From Deltaproteobacteria bacterium (GTDB lineage Bacteria; Myxococcota_A; UBA9160; SMWR01), in NCBI GenBank assembly GCA_019310965.1, contig JAFDDG010000008.1, positions 2,153-66,152 on the forward strand: a DNA stretch of 64,000 nt, written 5' to 3'. Below, piece after piece: positions 7,686 to 17,147 of this stretch. The translations under genes and the position numbers were made by a program. The notes beneath the pieces were generated by a model. That model was not told the DNA's origin. It searched no databases and saw only the letters and a list, made by a program, of their open reading frames with translations. Each line of letters begins with the position of its first letter. Positions within the stretch are counted from its first letter, which is position 1.

Positions 7686-10078
7686 GGAGCGGGCTCCAGC
7701 GCCAGGCGCGGCGATCCGGCTGCGTCGAGCGCCTCGCGCCGCATCTCGAGAGACGTCCCACGACCGGCGCTCCAACCGGCCAGACCGGCCGAGAAGCTGG
7801 GATGACCGGGATGTTCCGTGAGGCCCGGCGCCAGCTGGAAGCGCGCGCCACCCTCGTCGCCGGGCTCGGCCGCAAAGCGGAACAGTGCCGAAAGCCGCAC
7901 CTCGAAGGGCGCGTCTGGCGCGAATTCGGAGACGGCGACGCTCTCGCCGCTGCCGCCGATCGCGTCGACCGTGAGCGGTGACACCACATCACTCGGCACG
8001 AACGCGCGAAAGCGGAGCTCCTGGAGACGACCCCAGGACCACTTGCGGCGGCTCGCACCGAGCCGCGACGAAAGCTGGAACCAGGCGTCGCGCAGGCTGT
8101 CCCGCACTGCGGCACGCACGTGCTGCGGATCGCTCCAGACATCTCCGCCGCCCTTGCTGGCGCGGGCCAGCACCACGCTCACGACACCCACGTGATCGAC
8201 CTGCGACAGCCCCCGCCAGCGCGCGAACAGCTCGGCTCCCATGCGCTCCTCGAACAGGCGCCGCGAGAGCGCGAGAACGAACGTGTGGTGTGCCGCCGCG
8301 CCGCTGCTCTCGGCATCCGCCCGACCATCCCAGGCCGCGAGCAACGCCCGCACTTCGGAGGCCTCGCGGCCGAGCGCGTCGTCCCCGAGCAGCGCCAACG
8401 CCGCTCGGGAGAGCGCCCGACCGCGCGGCTCGAGCACATCGGCCTGCAGCGCTTCGGCGTTGCCGAGACCGAGCGGCTCACGCATGAGTGCCCGACGCAG
8501 ACCCTGTTCGAGGCGCGCGGCGCGCGCGCCGGAACGCCACAGCCACTCGCCGCGCGCGACGCCCCGGCTGGGCTGCGGATTGTCCGCGGCGATCAGAAAG
8601 GCCTGCCCCGCCCCGAGCTCCGCGCCCGGCAGCTTGGCGTGCGGGATCGCGCCGCCCCAGTCGAACCAGCGCGCCCGCCCCGGCACCGGCACGAGCTCCG
8701 TGTCGAGCGGGCGCTCCGGGATCCAGCCGACCACCTGCACCCCGCCGGCCCCCTGCGCGTCGATGTAGGCTACCGCCAGCGCCGGTTCGGAGACGCCAGC
8801 CAGCGCGGCGCGCAGCTCCGCCGCGTCGCCGGCACGCACCGCGGCGCGAAATGCCGCAACGGTGCGACCGCCCTGCCCGCGCAGGCCTACCCACGCCAGC
8901 GCCAGCGGCTCGCGCTCGCCGACCAGCCCATCCAACAGCGGCCCGTGGCGTGTGGCACGCACCGGATGCGTCTCGGGCTCGAACCCGCGCACCGCGATCG
9001 TTTCGCTGCGAACGTCGAGCTTCCGCCAGCGCCCACCATCGTGGTACCGCGCCGAAGCCTCGTCCACCCGCTCGCTGTAGAGATCCGTCACCACGGCTCG
9101 GGCGTGTGTCGAGCCCCAGGCCACGGCCGCATTGCGACCGGTCCAGAAGAGCGGCAGGCCGGGAATCAGCACCCCCGCCACGTCGATTTCGCCGCCCCGC
9201 ACGTGTGCCACGTGCAGCAGTGCCGGCGCCGTCGGCTCGACGTGGACGTCCGCGCCAAGCAGCGGGCGCCCGCTCTCGGTGTGCGCCCCGGACACGATCC
9301 ACGCCGTGCTGCCGGCGGAGGTACCGGCCAAACCGAGCGCTCGGCGCAGCGGATCGCGCCAGATGCCGGCGGTGAGGGCGGGCTCGCGCACTGCCGGCAA
9401 CACGCCGGGCTTATCCGGAAAGAAAGCCCGAGCGTCGACGCCGCCGAACTTCGAGAGCAGATCCTGCAGCACCAGGCTCGCCGCCACGGAGTTCGACAGG
9501 CTCCAGGCGTGGAGCTTCAGGATCGCCAGCGAGTCTGCCGGCGTCCAGGCCACGAGCGGCAGCTCGAGCGCCGCAACCGCCACCGGCGCCGCGGCGGCAC
9601 CGGTCTCGATACGCGCCATCCGCGCATTCACGCCGGCGGCATACGCCTCGAGCAGCTCTCGGGTCCCGCCCCGCAGGGCTGCGGCCTCGGCATCCGCGGT
9701 CCGGCCGAGCCCCAGCGTACGCGCGTGGCGATCCGCCTCGAGACCCTCGGGCCCGACGATCTCGGCGGTGGTGCCCCGGGCCAGTCGCACCAGCCAGAGC
9801 ATCTGCGCGAGACGATCCTGGGCCTGGGCGAAACCCAGCCCGAACCAGGCGTCGGCTTCGTTCTCGGCAAACACGTGGGGCACGCCCTGGGCGTCGCGCA
9901 GCAAATCGATGGGTAGACGAGCGCCCGCAACGCTCAGCGCACCCTGCCACTGGGGGAAGGCCCGGCGCTCCGCCGCGCGCGAGCGACCGAATTCGAAGCC
10001 GATGAACGCGACGACCGCGGCAACACTCGCGAGCAGCAAGAGCCCGACCCAACCGATTCCCACACGCCCTGCCGTCAC
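7682..10078 (-). CDS. Penicillin acylase family (S45 Ntn-hydrolase) protein
   Basis: AWFGLGFAQAQDRLAQM, nucleophile context GSTAWIVSG, N-terminal hydrophobic segment. Start is uncertain; I chose GTG 10078 because ATG 10174 would run into the gap RBS. Confidence 0.82.
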   Translation of the reverse strand: MTAGRVGIGWVGLLLLASVAAVVAFIGFEFGRSRAAERRAFPQWQGALSVAGARLPIDLLRDAQGVPHVFAENEADAWFGLGFAQAQDRLAQMLWLVRLARGTTAEIVGPEGLEADRHARTLGLGRTADAEAAALRGGTRELLEAYAAGVNARMARIETGAAAAPVAVAALELPLVAWTPADSLAILKLHAWSLSNSVAASLVLQDLLSKFGGVDARAFFPDKPGVLPAVREPALTAGIWRDPLRRALGLAGTSAGSTAWIVSGAHTESGRPLLGADVHVEPTAPALLHVAHVRGGEIDVAGVLIPGLPLFWTGRNAAVAWGSTHARAVVTDLYSERVDEASARYHDGGRWRKLDVRSETIAVRGFEPETHPVRATRHGPLLDGLVGEREPLALAWVGLRGQGGRTVAAFRAAVRAGDAAELRAALAGVSEPALAVAYIDAQGAGGVQVVGWIPERPLDTELVPVPGRARWFDWGGAIPHAKLPGAELGAGQAFLIAADNPQPSRGVARGEWLWRSGARAARLEQGLRRALMREPLGLGNAEALQADVLEPRGRALSRAALALLGDDALGREASEVRALLAAWDGRADAESSGAAAHHTFVLALSRRLFEERMGAELFARWRGLSQVDHVGVVSVVLARASKGGGDVWSDPQHVRAAVRDSLRDAWFQLSSRLGASRRKWSWGRLQELRFRAFVPSDVVSPLTVDAIGGSGESVAVSEFAPDAPFEVRLSALFRFAAEPGDEGGARFQLAPGLTEHPGHPSFSAGLAGWSAGRGTSLEMRREALDAAGSPRLALEPAP

Positions 10079-10185
10079 GAGCCCCCCGAGGTGGACGCGC
10101 CAAGGGTAGCGGGGCCAATGGCACGCCACCGGTGACGCGGTACCTTGCCCGCCTCCCGGAATTCGTCCAAGCAAAGGAGCTGGGC

Positions 10186-11181
10186 TTGTCCATCCCCATT
10201 GGTATCAACGGTTTTGGGCGTATCGGACGCCTGGCTCTGCGCGCCGCCCAGGGCACGGACCTCGAAATCGTCGGCATCAACGATCTCGCCGACGCCAGGA
10301 CGCTCGCGCACCTGCTGAAGTGGGACTCGATCCACGGCCGCTTCCCGGCCAGCATCGAGGCAGCCGACGGCGCCATCATCGTCGGCGCAACGCGCATCCC
10401 GATCAGCGCCGAACGCGACCCGGCCAAGCTCCCCTGGAAGGAACTCGGAGCCAGGCTGGTGATCGAGTCCACCGGCCAATTCACCAACCGCGCGGGCGCA
10501 TCGAAGCACCTGACGGCTGGCGCCGAGCGCGTGATCATCAGCGCACCGGCAAAGGACCCCGACCTCACCGTCGTGCTCGGCGTGAACGGCGACGACTACG
10601 ATCCGGCGCAGCACAAGATCGTTTCGAACGCTTCGTGCACCACGAACTGCCTGGCACCGCCGGCGAAGGTGCTGCACGACAACTTTGGCATCGAGAGCGC
10701 CTGGATGACCACCATCCACGCCTACACGAACGACCAGGTGACCCTCGACTTCCCACACAGCGACTTGCGCCGCGCCCGCGCCGCCGGGTTATCGATGATT
10801 CCGACGAGCACCGGCGCCGCTCGCGCCATCGGGCTCGTGCTGCCGGAGCTCAAGGGCAAGCTCGACGGCTTCGCCATGCGCGTGCCCACTGCGGACGTGT
10901 CGGTGATCGACCTGGCGTTGAAGCTCATGAAGAACACGACCGTCGAGGAGATCAACGCCGCCATGAAGGCCGCTGCCGAGGGCCCGCTCGAGGGCATCCT
11001 CGAGTACTGCGACGAGCCTCTGGTGTCGGTCGACTTCCTCGGCAATCCGCACTCGTCGATCCTCGATGCGGCCCAGACGAGAGTGATGGACGGGAACTTC
11101 GTCAAGATCCTCGCCTGGTACGACAACGAGTGGGGCTACTCGAGCCGCTTGGTCGACCTGGCGCTCAAGATGGGACGCTGA
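10186..11181 (+). CDS. gap: Glyceraldehyde-3-phosphate dehydrogenase
   Basis: INGFGRIGR, catalytic SNASCTTNCLAP, WYDNEWGYS. RBS AAGGAG at 10174-10179 precedes in-frame TTG 10186. Confidence 0.95.
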   Translation: MSIPIGINGFGRIGRLALRAAQGTDLEIVGINDLADARTLAHLLKWDSIHGRFPASIEAADGAIIVGATRIPISAERDPAKLPWKELGARLVIESTGQFTNRAGASKHLTAGAERVIISAPAKDPDLTVVLGVNGDDYDPAQHKIVSNASCTTNCLAPPAKVLHDNFGIESAWMTTIHAYTNDQVTLDFPHSDLRRARAAGLSMIPTSTGAARAIGLVLPELKGKLDGFAMRVPTADVSVIDLALKLMKNTTVEEINAAMKAAAEGPLEGILEYCDEPLVSVDFLGNPHSSILDAAQTRVMDGNFVKILAWYDNEWGYSSRLVDLALKMGR

Positions 11182-11187
11182 CTCACG

Positions 11188-12369
<1,182 letters not shown>

Positions 12370-12371
12370 AG

Positions 12372-13139
12372 ATGCGCCGACCGATCCTCGCTGCAAACTG
12401 GAAGATGCACAAGACCGCCGCCGAGGCGGCCGAGTTCGTCGAAGAGTTCTTGCCGCTGGTGGCGGACGCCGGCAGCGTCGACATCGTGCTCGCCCCGACC
12501 TTCACGGCCCTCGATCGAGTGGCCAACGGGCTACGTGGTTCCAACGTCGCATTGGCGGCGCAGAACGTGAACCCGGAGGAACAGGGAGCCTTCACCGGCG
12601 AGATCGCTCCGGGCATGTTGGCGGAGCTCGGCTGCCGCTACGGCATCGTGGGCCATTCGGAACGTCGCGCGATCTACAGCGAGAGTGACGATTTCATCGC
12701 CAGCAAAGCCGCCGCCTTATTCGCCCACGGCATCTGCCCGATCGTCTGCGTCGGCGAGACCCTCGAGGAGCGCGAAGCCAACCGCACCCTCGACGTCGTC
12801 GGCAGACAGCTGGTCGCCAGCCTCGCTGGCGTGCCGGAGGCCCGAGCGGCCGAGGTGGTGGTGGCCTACGAGCCAGTCTGGGCCATCGGCACGGGCAAGA
12901 CCGCGACCCCAGAGCTGGCCCAGGAGGTGCACGCCGCGATCCGCAGCCAGCTGGGGGAGTGCTTCGGCGCGGCCGGCGACGCGATCCGCATCCAGTACGG
13001 GGGCTCGGTGAAACCCGAAAACGTCGATACCCTCATGGCACAGCCCGATATCGATGGTGCCCTGGTGGGCGGCGCCAGCCTCGCCCCCGAGACATTCGCC
13101 CGCATCGTGCGCTTCGAGCGCCTCGGAGGAGCTTCATGA
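12372..13139 (+). CDS. tpiA: Triosephosphate isomerase
   Basis: AANWKMHK, GHSERR, AYEPVWAIGTG, QYGGSV. This is the C-terminal 255 codons of the artefactual ORF 10320..13139; ATG 12372 is in frame. Confidence 0.95.
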   Translation: MRRPILAANWKMHKTAAEAAEFVEEFLPLVADAGSVDIVLAPTFTALDRVANGLRGSNVALAAQNVNPEEQGAFTGEIAPGMLAELGCRYGIVGHSERRAIYSESDDFIASKAAALFAHGICPIVCVGETLEEREANRTLDVVGRQLVASLAGVPEARAAEVVVAYEPVWAIGTGKTATPELAQEVHAAIRSQLGECFGAAGDAIRIQYGGSVKPENVDTLMAQPDIDGALVGGASLAPETFARIVRFERLGGAS

Positions 13140-13582
13140 CCACTTTTCTCACCGCTCTGCACATCATCGCGTGCATCTTTCTGATCGCCGTCGTACTGCT
13201 GCAACGGGGCAAAGGCGCCGAGATGGGCGCCGTGTTCGGCGGCGGAGCCAGCTCGACGGTGTTCGGCAGCCGCGGCGCGGGGAACTTTCTGACCCGGCTG
13301 ACGGCGATCTCCGCAGCCGTGTTCATCTTCACCAGCCTGTCGCTGTCCTACGCCTTCACGCAGGCATCACAGGACCGGCTCTTCGAGGGCAGCAGCGCCG
13401 ATCTCGAGCTCGACGCCGCGGCGGAGCAGGCGCCGCTCTTCGAGGAAGTTGGCATCGCACCGGCGGCGAGCCCCGAAGCGGCGGAGGCACCCGGGGCGGC
13501 GAACGCCGAGACGACCGGCGGCACGGCACAGGGGCTGATTCCCGACCTGCCCGCACCCGAGCGCTCAGACACGGCCGAGTGA
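13136..13582 (+). CDS. secG: Preprotein translocase subunit SecG
   Basis: MTTFLTALHIIACIFLIAVVLLQRGKGAEMGAVFGGG is the SecG signature. ATG overlaps the tpiA stop (ATGA). Acidic/Ala-rich C-terminal tail. Confidence 0.85.
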   Translation: MTTFLTALHIIACIFLIAVVLLQRGKGAEMGAVFGGGASSTVFGSRGAGNFLTRLTAISAAVFIFTSLSLSYAFTQASQDRLFEGSSADLELDAAAEQAPLFEEVGIAPAASPEAAEAPGAANAETTGGTAQGLIPDLPAPERSDTAE

Positions 13583-13628
13583 GATTGAGTCACCTCTGGC
13601 GAACGCTATGCTCGCCGGGCCTTCGCGT

Positions 13629-13715
13629 GCGGCGGTGGCGGAATTGGTAGACGCACCAGCTTGAGGGGCTGGCGGGGGCAACCCCGTGGAGGTTCGAATC
13701 CTCTCCGCCGCACCA
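13629..13715 (+). tRNA. tRNA-Leu (anticodon GAG), CCA encoded
   Basis: Acceptor GCGGCGG/CCGCCGC, D-loop AATTGGTAGA, anticodon loop TTGAGGG, long variable arm CGGGGGCAACCCCGT, T-loop GGTTCGAATCC, ACCA end. Confidence 0.93.
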
Positions 13716-13799
13716 ACCTTTCTCATCTCGTTTCGCTGTCGGAGCGAGCTTGCGGCGACGCCCTGCGGCCCAGCTGAAGCGGGGAGAGGTGGGCGCGAC

Positions 13800-13866
13800 G
13801 CGGTGCCAGGGCCGGATGCGCAGGGGGTGTCGTGCTCATGCGCCGGCGCCCCCTGCGCACCCGGCC
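13800..13866 (+). repeat. Structured repeat element, copy A core (20-bp stem, 17-nt loop)
   Basis: GGCCGGATGCGCAGGGGGTG (13810-13829) pairs with CGCCCCCTGCGCACCCGGCC (13847-13866), with 1 mismatch and 1 GU. Loop is TCGTGCTCATGCGCCGG. Homologous to 63211-63340 on the opposite strand. Confidence 0.8.
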
Positions 13867-14040
13867 TAGGGCGTCCCAGAAGCGCCTTGCCCGACGCCCC
13901 ATTTCGCCAGCCCCCCCCGTGCCCCGCGAGCTCGTCGCTTCGCGACTTGCGGCATTCAGCGGGGGGGTCGGTGGGGCGAAGAGGCCTCTCATTATTGTGG
14001 AAGTCAGGCGATCGCCCCGACGCCACCTCGACCGCGTCGT

Positions 14041-14183
14041 GCCCTGCGGTGAGGGGGTGCCGGCGAAATAAAGCGCAGGGCGAGCCCAATGCCCGAAACA
14101 GCTCCAAGACCCCGCGGTTCACCAGCAACCGCGCAGCCCAAGGCGAGACCGAGCCATTCGCCGGCACCCCCTCACCGCAGGGC
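14041..14183. repeat. Perfect 27-bp inverted repeat flanking an 89-bp spacer
   Basis: GCCCTGCGGTGAGGGGGTGCCGGCGAA (14041-14067) is the exact reverse complement of 14157-14183. Confidence 0.9.
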
Positions 14184-14221
14184 CCCCCCGACCAACCCAG
14201 CCCGCGACGGGGCCCCGAGCG

Positions 14222-14989
14222 TCAGACGATGTTCCAGCCGCCGTCTACGGGGAGCGTGTGGCCCGTGATGTAGCTCGAGGCGTCCGAGGCGAGGAAGAGC
14301 AGTGGGCCGATGAGTTCGTCACCCCGACCGACGCGGCCCATGGGGGTTCGCGTGCGGATCCACTGGCGGCCCTTCTCGTCGTCCAACATGTCGGCGGTCA
14401 TTTCGCTTGCGAACCAGCCGGGAGCTAGAGCGTTGACGCGCACACCGCGGCGAGCCCACTGGGCACCGAGCTCGCGCGTGAGGTTCACGAGACCTCCCTT
14501 GGAGGCGGTGTAGGACGCCTGCGGAATCTGCCCGACCCCGACGAGACCCAGCACCGACGCGACGTTGACGATGGAGCCCTCCCCGGCCTCGAGCATCACG
14601 CGGCCGGCGCGCTGGCAGCACAGGAAGGCGCCGATCAAGTTGACGCCAATGACGCGCTCGAAGGCCGCGAGCGACTCGCTCTCTGCAGCAACGATCTCGG
14701 TGATGCCCGCGTTGTTCACCAACACGTCGATGCGGCCAAAGCGCTCGAGCGTGCGCGCGACGAGCCCGTCGACCTGCTCCTCGTCGGCGACGTCGCACTT
14801 CACGGCCAACACCTCGGCGCCGCGTTCGGACAGCTCGGCGGCCAGTGCATCGAGGCGGTCGATGCGTCGCGCGGCCAACACCAGGTGCGCGCCCGCTTCT
14901 GCGAGCCCCCGTGCCATGTCGACCCCCAGCCCCGACGACGCACCGGTCACGAGCGCCACGCGTCCGCTCACGTCGAAGATCCCGCTCAT
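14222..14989 (-). CDS. Short-chain dehydrogenase/reductase (SDR) family oxidoreductase
   Basis: TGASSGLG, NNAG, catalytic YTASK. Start set to ATG 14989, preceded by GGAGCGGAGG. Confidence 0.85.
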   Translation of the reverse strand: MSGIFDVSGRVALVTGASSGLGVDMARGLAEAGAHLVLAARRIDRLDALAAELSERGAEVLAVKCDVADEEQVDGLVARTLERFGRIDVLVNNAGITEIVAAESESLAAFERVIGVNLIGAFLCCQRAGRVMLEAGEGSIVNVASVLGLVGVGQIPQASYTASKGGLVNLTRELGAQWARRGVRVNALAPGWFASEMTADMLDDEKGRQWIRTRTPMGRVGRGDELIGPLLFLASDASSYITGHTLPVDGGWNIV

Positions 14990-15354
14990 GCCTCCGCTCC
15001 CGGCCGGCCTCGTTCGAGGCTGCGCGCGACCCAGCGCTCGCAGAGCTCGGCGCGCGGCAGCCACTCGTGCACCGCGCAAGACGCCCGGGCGGAGATCCGG
15101 GCGGCAGCCTTGGCGACCGGGTGGGCGGGGAGACTCCGGCTCGGAGGCTCCGCGTCACCCGCCCAGGGGCGAAACACCCCGCCGTCGGGCTCCGCCGCGG
15201 GGCGCTCGAAATCAGACCGCGCAATCGACGTCACCCGCCACACGGCGCAGGACACTAACACACGAGCGCTCCCGGACGGCTGCCGAGCCGGGCCGCGACT
15301 GCTAGCTTGAGCGCTCGGTCTTTCGCGAATTTTCACACCGCAGGGGATGCCAGA

Positions 15355-16368
15355 ATGCCGGAACTCGCAGACGTCGCTCGCGCCATGGTCGCACCGGGCA
15401 GGGGCATTCTCGCAGCGGACGAGAGCACACCCACCATCAAGAAGAGGTTCGACTCAGTCTCCGCCGAGTCGACGGAAGACAGCCGCCGCGCCTACCGCGA
15501 GATGCTCTTCACCACCGAGGGCGCCGAGCAGCACATCAGCGGCGTCATTCTCTTCGACGAGACGCTGCGCCAGAGCGCCAGCGACGGGACCCCTTTCGCA
15601 AAGCTGCTCACCGCGCGCGGCATGCTGCCCGGCATCAAGGTCGACAAGGGGGCCAAGGACCTCCCGGGCGCACCCGGCGAGAAGGTCACAGAAGGACTCG
15701 ACGGTCTGCGCGAGCGCATCTCGGAGTACGTCAGCCTCGGCGCCAAGTTCGCCAAGTGGCGCGCCGTGATCGACATCGCTGACGGCATCCCGTCGGACTA
15801 CTGCATCGAGGCCAACGCCCACGCACTGGCGCGCTACGCGGCGCTCTGCACCGAGGGCGGGCTGGTACCGATCGTCGAGCCGGAAGTGATGATGGACGGC
15901 GCACACGACCTCGCGCGGTGTCACGCCGTCACCGAGCGCACGCTGCGCGCGGTGTTCGCTCAGCTCTACACCCAGCGCGTGAGGCTCGAGGAGATCGTCC
16001 TCAAGCCCAACATGGTGATCCCGGGCAAGAAGTGCACGGCCCGGGCCAGCGTGCGCGAAGTCGCCGAGGCGACTCTCGACTGCTTCCGCAAGACGGTGCC
16101 GGCGCAAGTGCCGGGCATCGTCTTCCTGTCGGGCGGCCAGAGCGAGGAAGAGGCGACGGCGCACCTCAACGAGATGAACAAGCTGGGCGGCAGCCCCTGG
16201 GAGCTCTCCTTCTCCTACGGCCGCGCCCTCCAGGCCAGCGCGCTCAAGGCCTGGGGGGGCCAGGCGAGCCAGCTCGGCGCGGGCCAGAAGGCCTTCCTGC
16301 ACCGCGCCACGTGCAACGGTGCGGCTCGCAGCGGCAGCTACACACCGGACCAGGAGCGAGCCGCGTAA
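15355..16368 (+). CDS. fba: Class I fructose-bisphosphate aldolase
   Basis: GILAADESTPTIKKRF, Schiff-base Lys context LKPNMV, FLSGGQS, SFSYGRALQ. ATG 15355 has AGGGGA 8 nt upstream. Confidence 0.9.
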   Translation: MPELADVARAMVAPGRGILAADESTPTIKKRFDSVSAESTEDSRRAYREMLFTTEGAEQHISGVILFDETLRQSASDGTPFAKLLTARGMLPGIKVDKGAKDLPGAPGEKVTEGLDGLRERISEYVSLGAKFAKWRAVIDIADGIPSDYCIEANAHALARYAALCTEGGLVPIVEPEVMMDGAHDLARCHAVTERTLRAVFAQLYTQRVRLEEIVLKPNMVIPGKKCTARASVREVAEATLDCFRKTVPAQVPGIVFLSGGQSEEEATAHLNEMNKLGGSPWELSFSYGRALQASALKAWGGQASQLGAGQKAFLHRATCNGAARSGSYTPDQERAA

Positions 16369-16398
16369 GCCAGCCGGCCCGCCGCCGACTCAGCGAAA

Positions 16399-16426
16399 GA
16401 GCGGTCCCAGCGGAGCCGTCCCGCTC
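16399..16426. terminator. Weak bidirectional hairpin between convergent fba and flavin reductase
   Basis: GAGCGG-N16-CCGCTC with short T/A runs on both sides. Confidence 0.25.
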
Positions 16427-16442
16427 GCATTTCGGCGGAGAC

Positions 16443-16928
16443 TCACGAGGCGGCAAAACCGCCGTAGGCGCCGGATTGGTGGAGGAGCGGATCGGCGCTC
16501 TCGTCGACGCGGAGCCACTCGACACGGCCCACGTAGACGACGTGATCGCCCGCCTCGTGAGCAGCCTCGACACGGCAGTCGAAAGCGCCGACCGTGCCCT
16601 GCAGGATCGGCGCACCGGTGACACCGATGTCGACAGTCAACCCGTCGAAGCGCTTCTCCTGCTCCTTCGACGAGGCGAACTTGTTCGAGAGCGCCTCCTG
16701 CCCGCGGGCCAGAACGTTGACGGCGAACACACCGCCGCCCTCGATCACCGGGTGGGTCGTGGAGCCCTTGTCCGCGCACACCAGCACCAGCGGCGGATCC
16801 AGGGAGACCTCCGTGAACGCCGAAACCGTCATGCCGTGCACGGTGTCGCCGTGCCGGGTGGTCACGATGGTGACACCGGTGGTCCAGCGGCCGCAGAGCT
16901 TCTTGAAAGTGTCGGTGGAAATCGGCAT
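16443..16928 (-). CDS. Flavin reductase-like (FMN-binding split barrel) protein
   Basis: GVTIVTTRHGDTVHGMTVSAFTEVSLDPPLVLVC and FDCRV..H..GDH..YVG are typical of the flavin reductase domain. Confidence 0.8.
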   Translation of the reverse strand: MPISTDTFKKLCGRWTTGVTIVTTRHGDTVHGMTVSAFTEVSLDPPLVLVCADKGSTTHPVIEGGGVFAVNVLARGQEALSNKFASSKEQEKRFDGLTVDIGVTGAPILQGTVGAFDCRVEAAHEAGDHVVYVGRVEWLRVDESADPLLHQSGAYGGFAAS

Positions 16929-17147
16929 GGGGACGGAGTGTGCACGCCATGCCGTCTCGCAGCAAGCGAAGTCCGGCTCGTCCGGATTCAGCGCGGCTCA
17001 CCGACGGCGGGCAGACGGGGACGGTGTTGCTTTCTTGCCTTTTCGGGTTCTGTCGTCTGAAAAGGCGGGTTTGCGTGAAAAAGGCAAAAGGCAACTCCGT
17101 CCCCCGCTGGAGCCGCGGGTTCTTGCGGTCGGAGCCGGCCAGGCACT

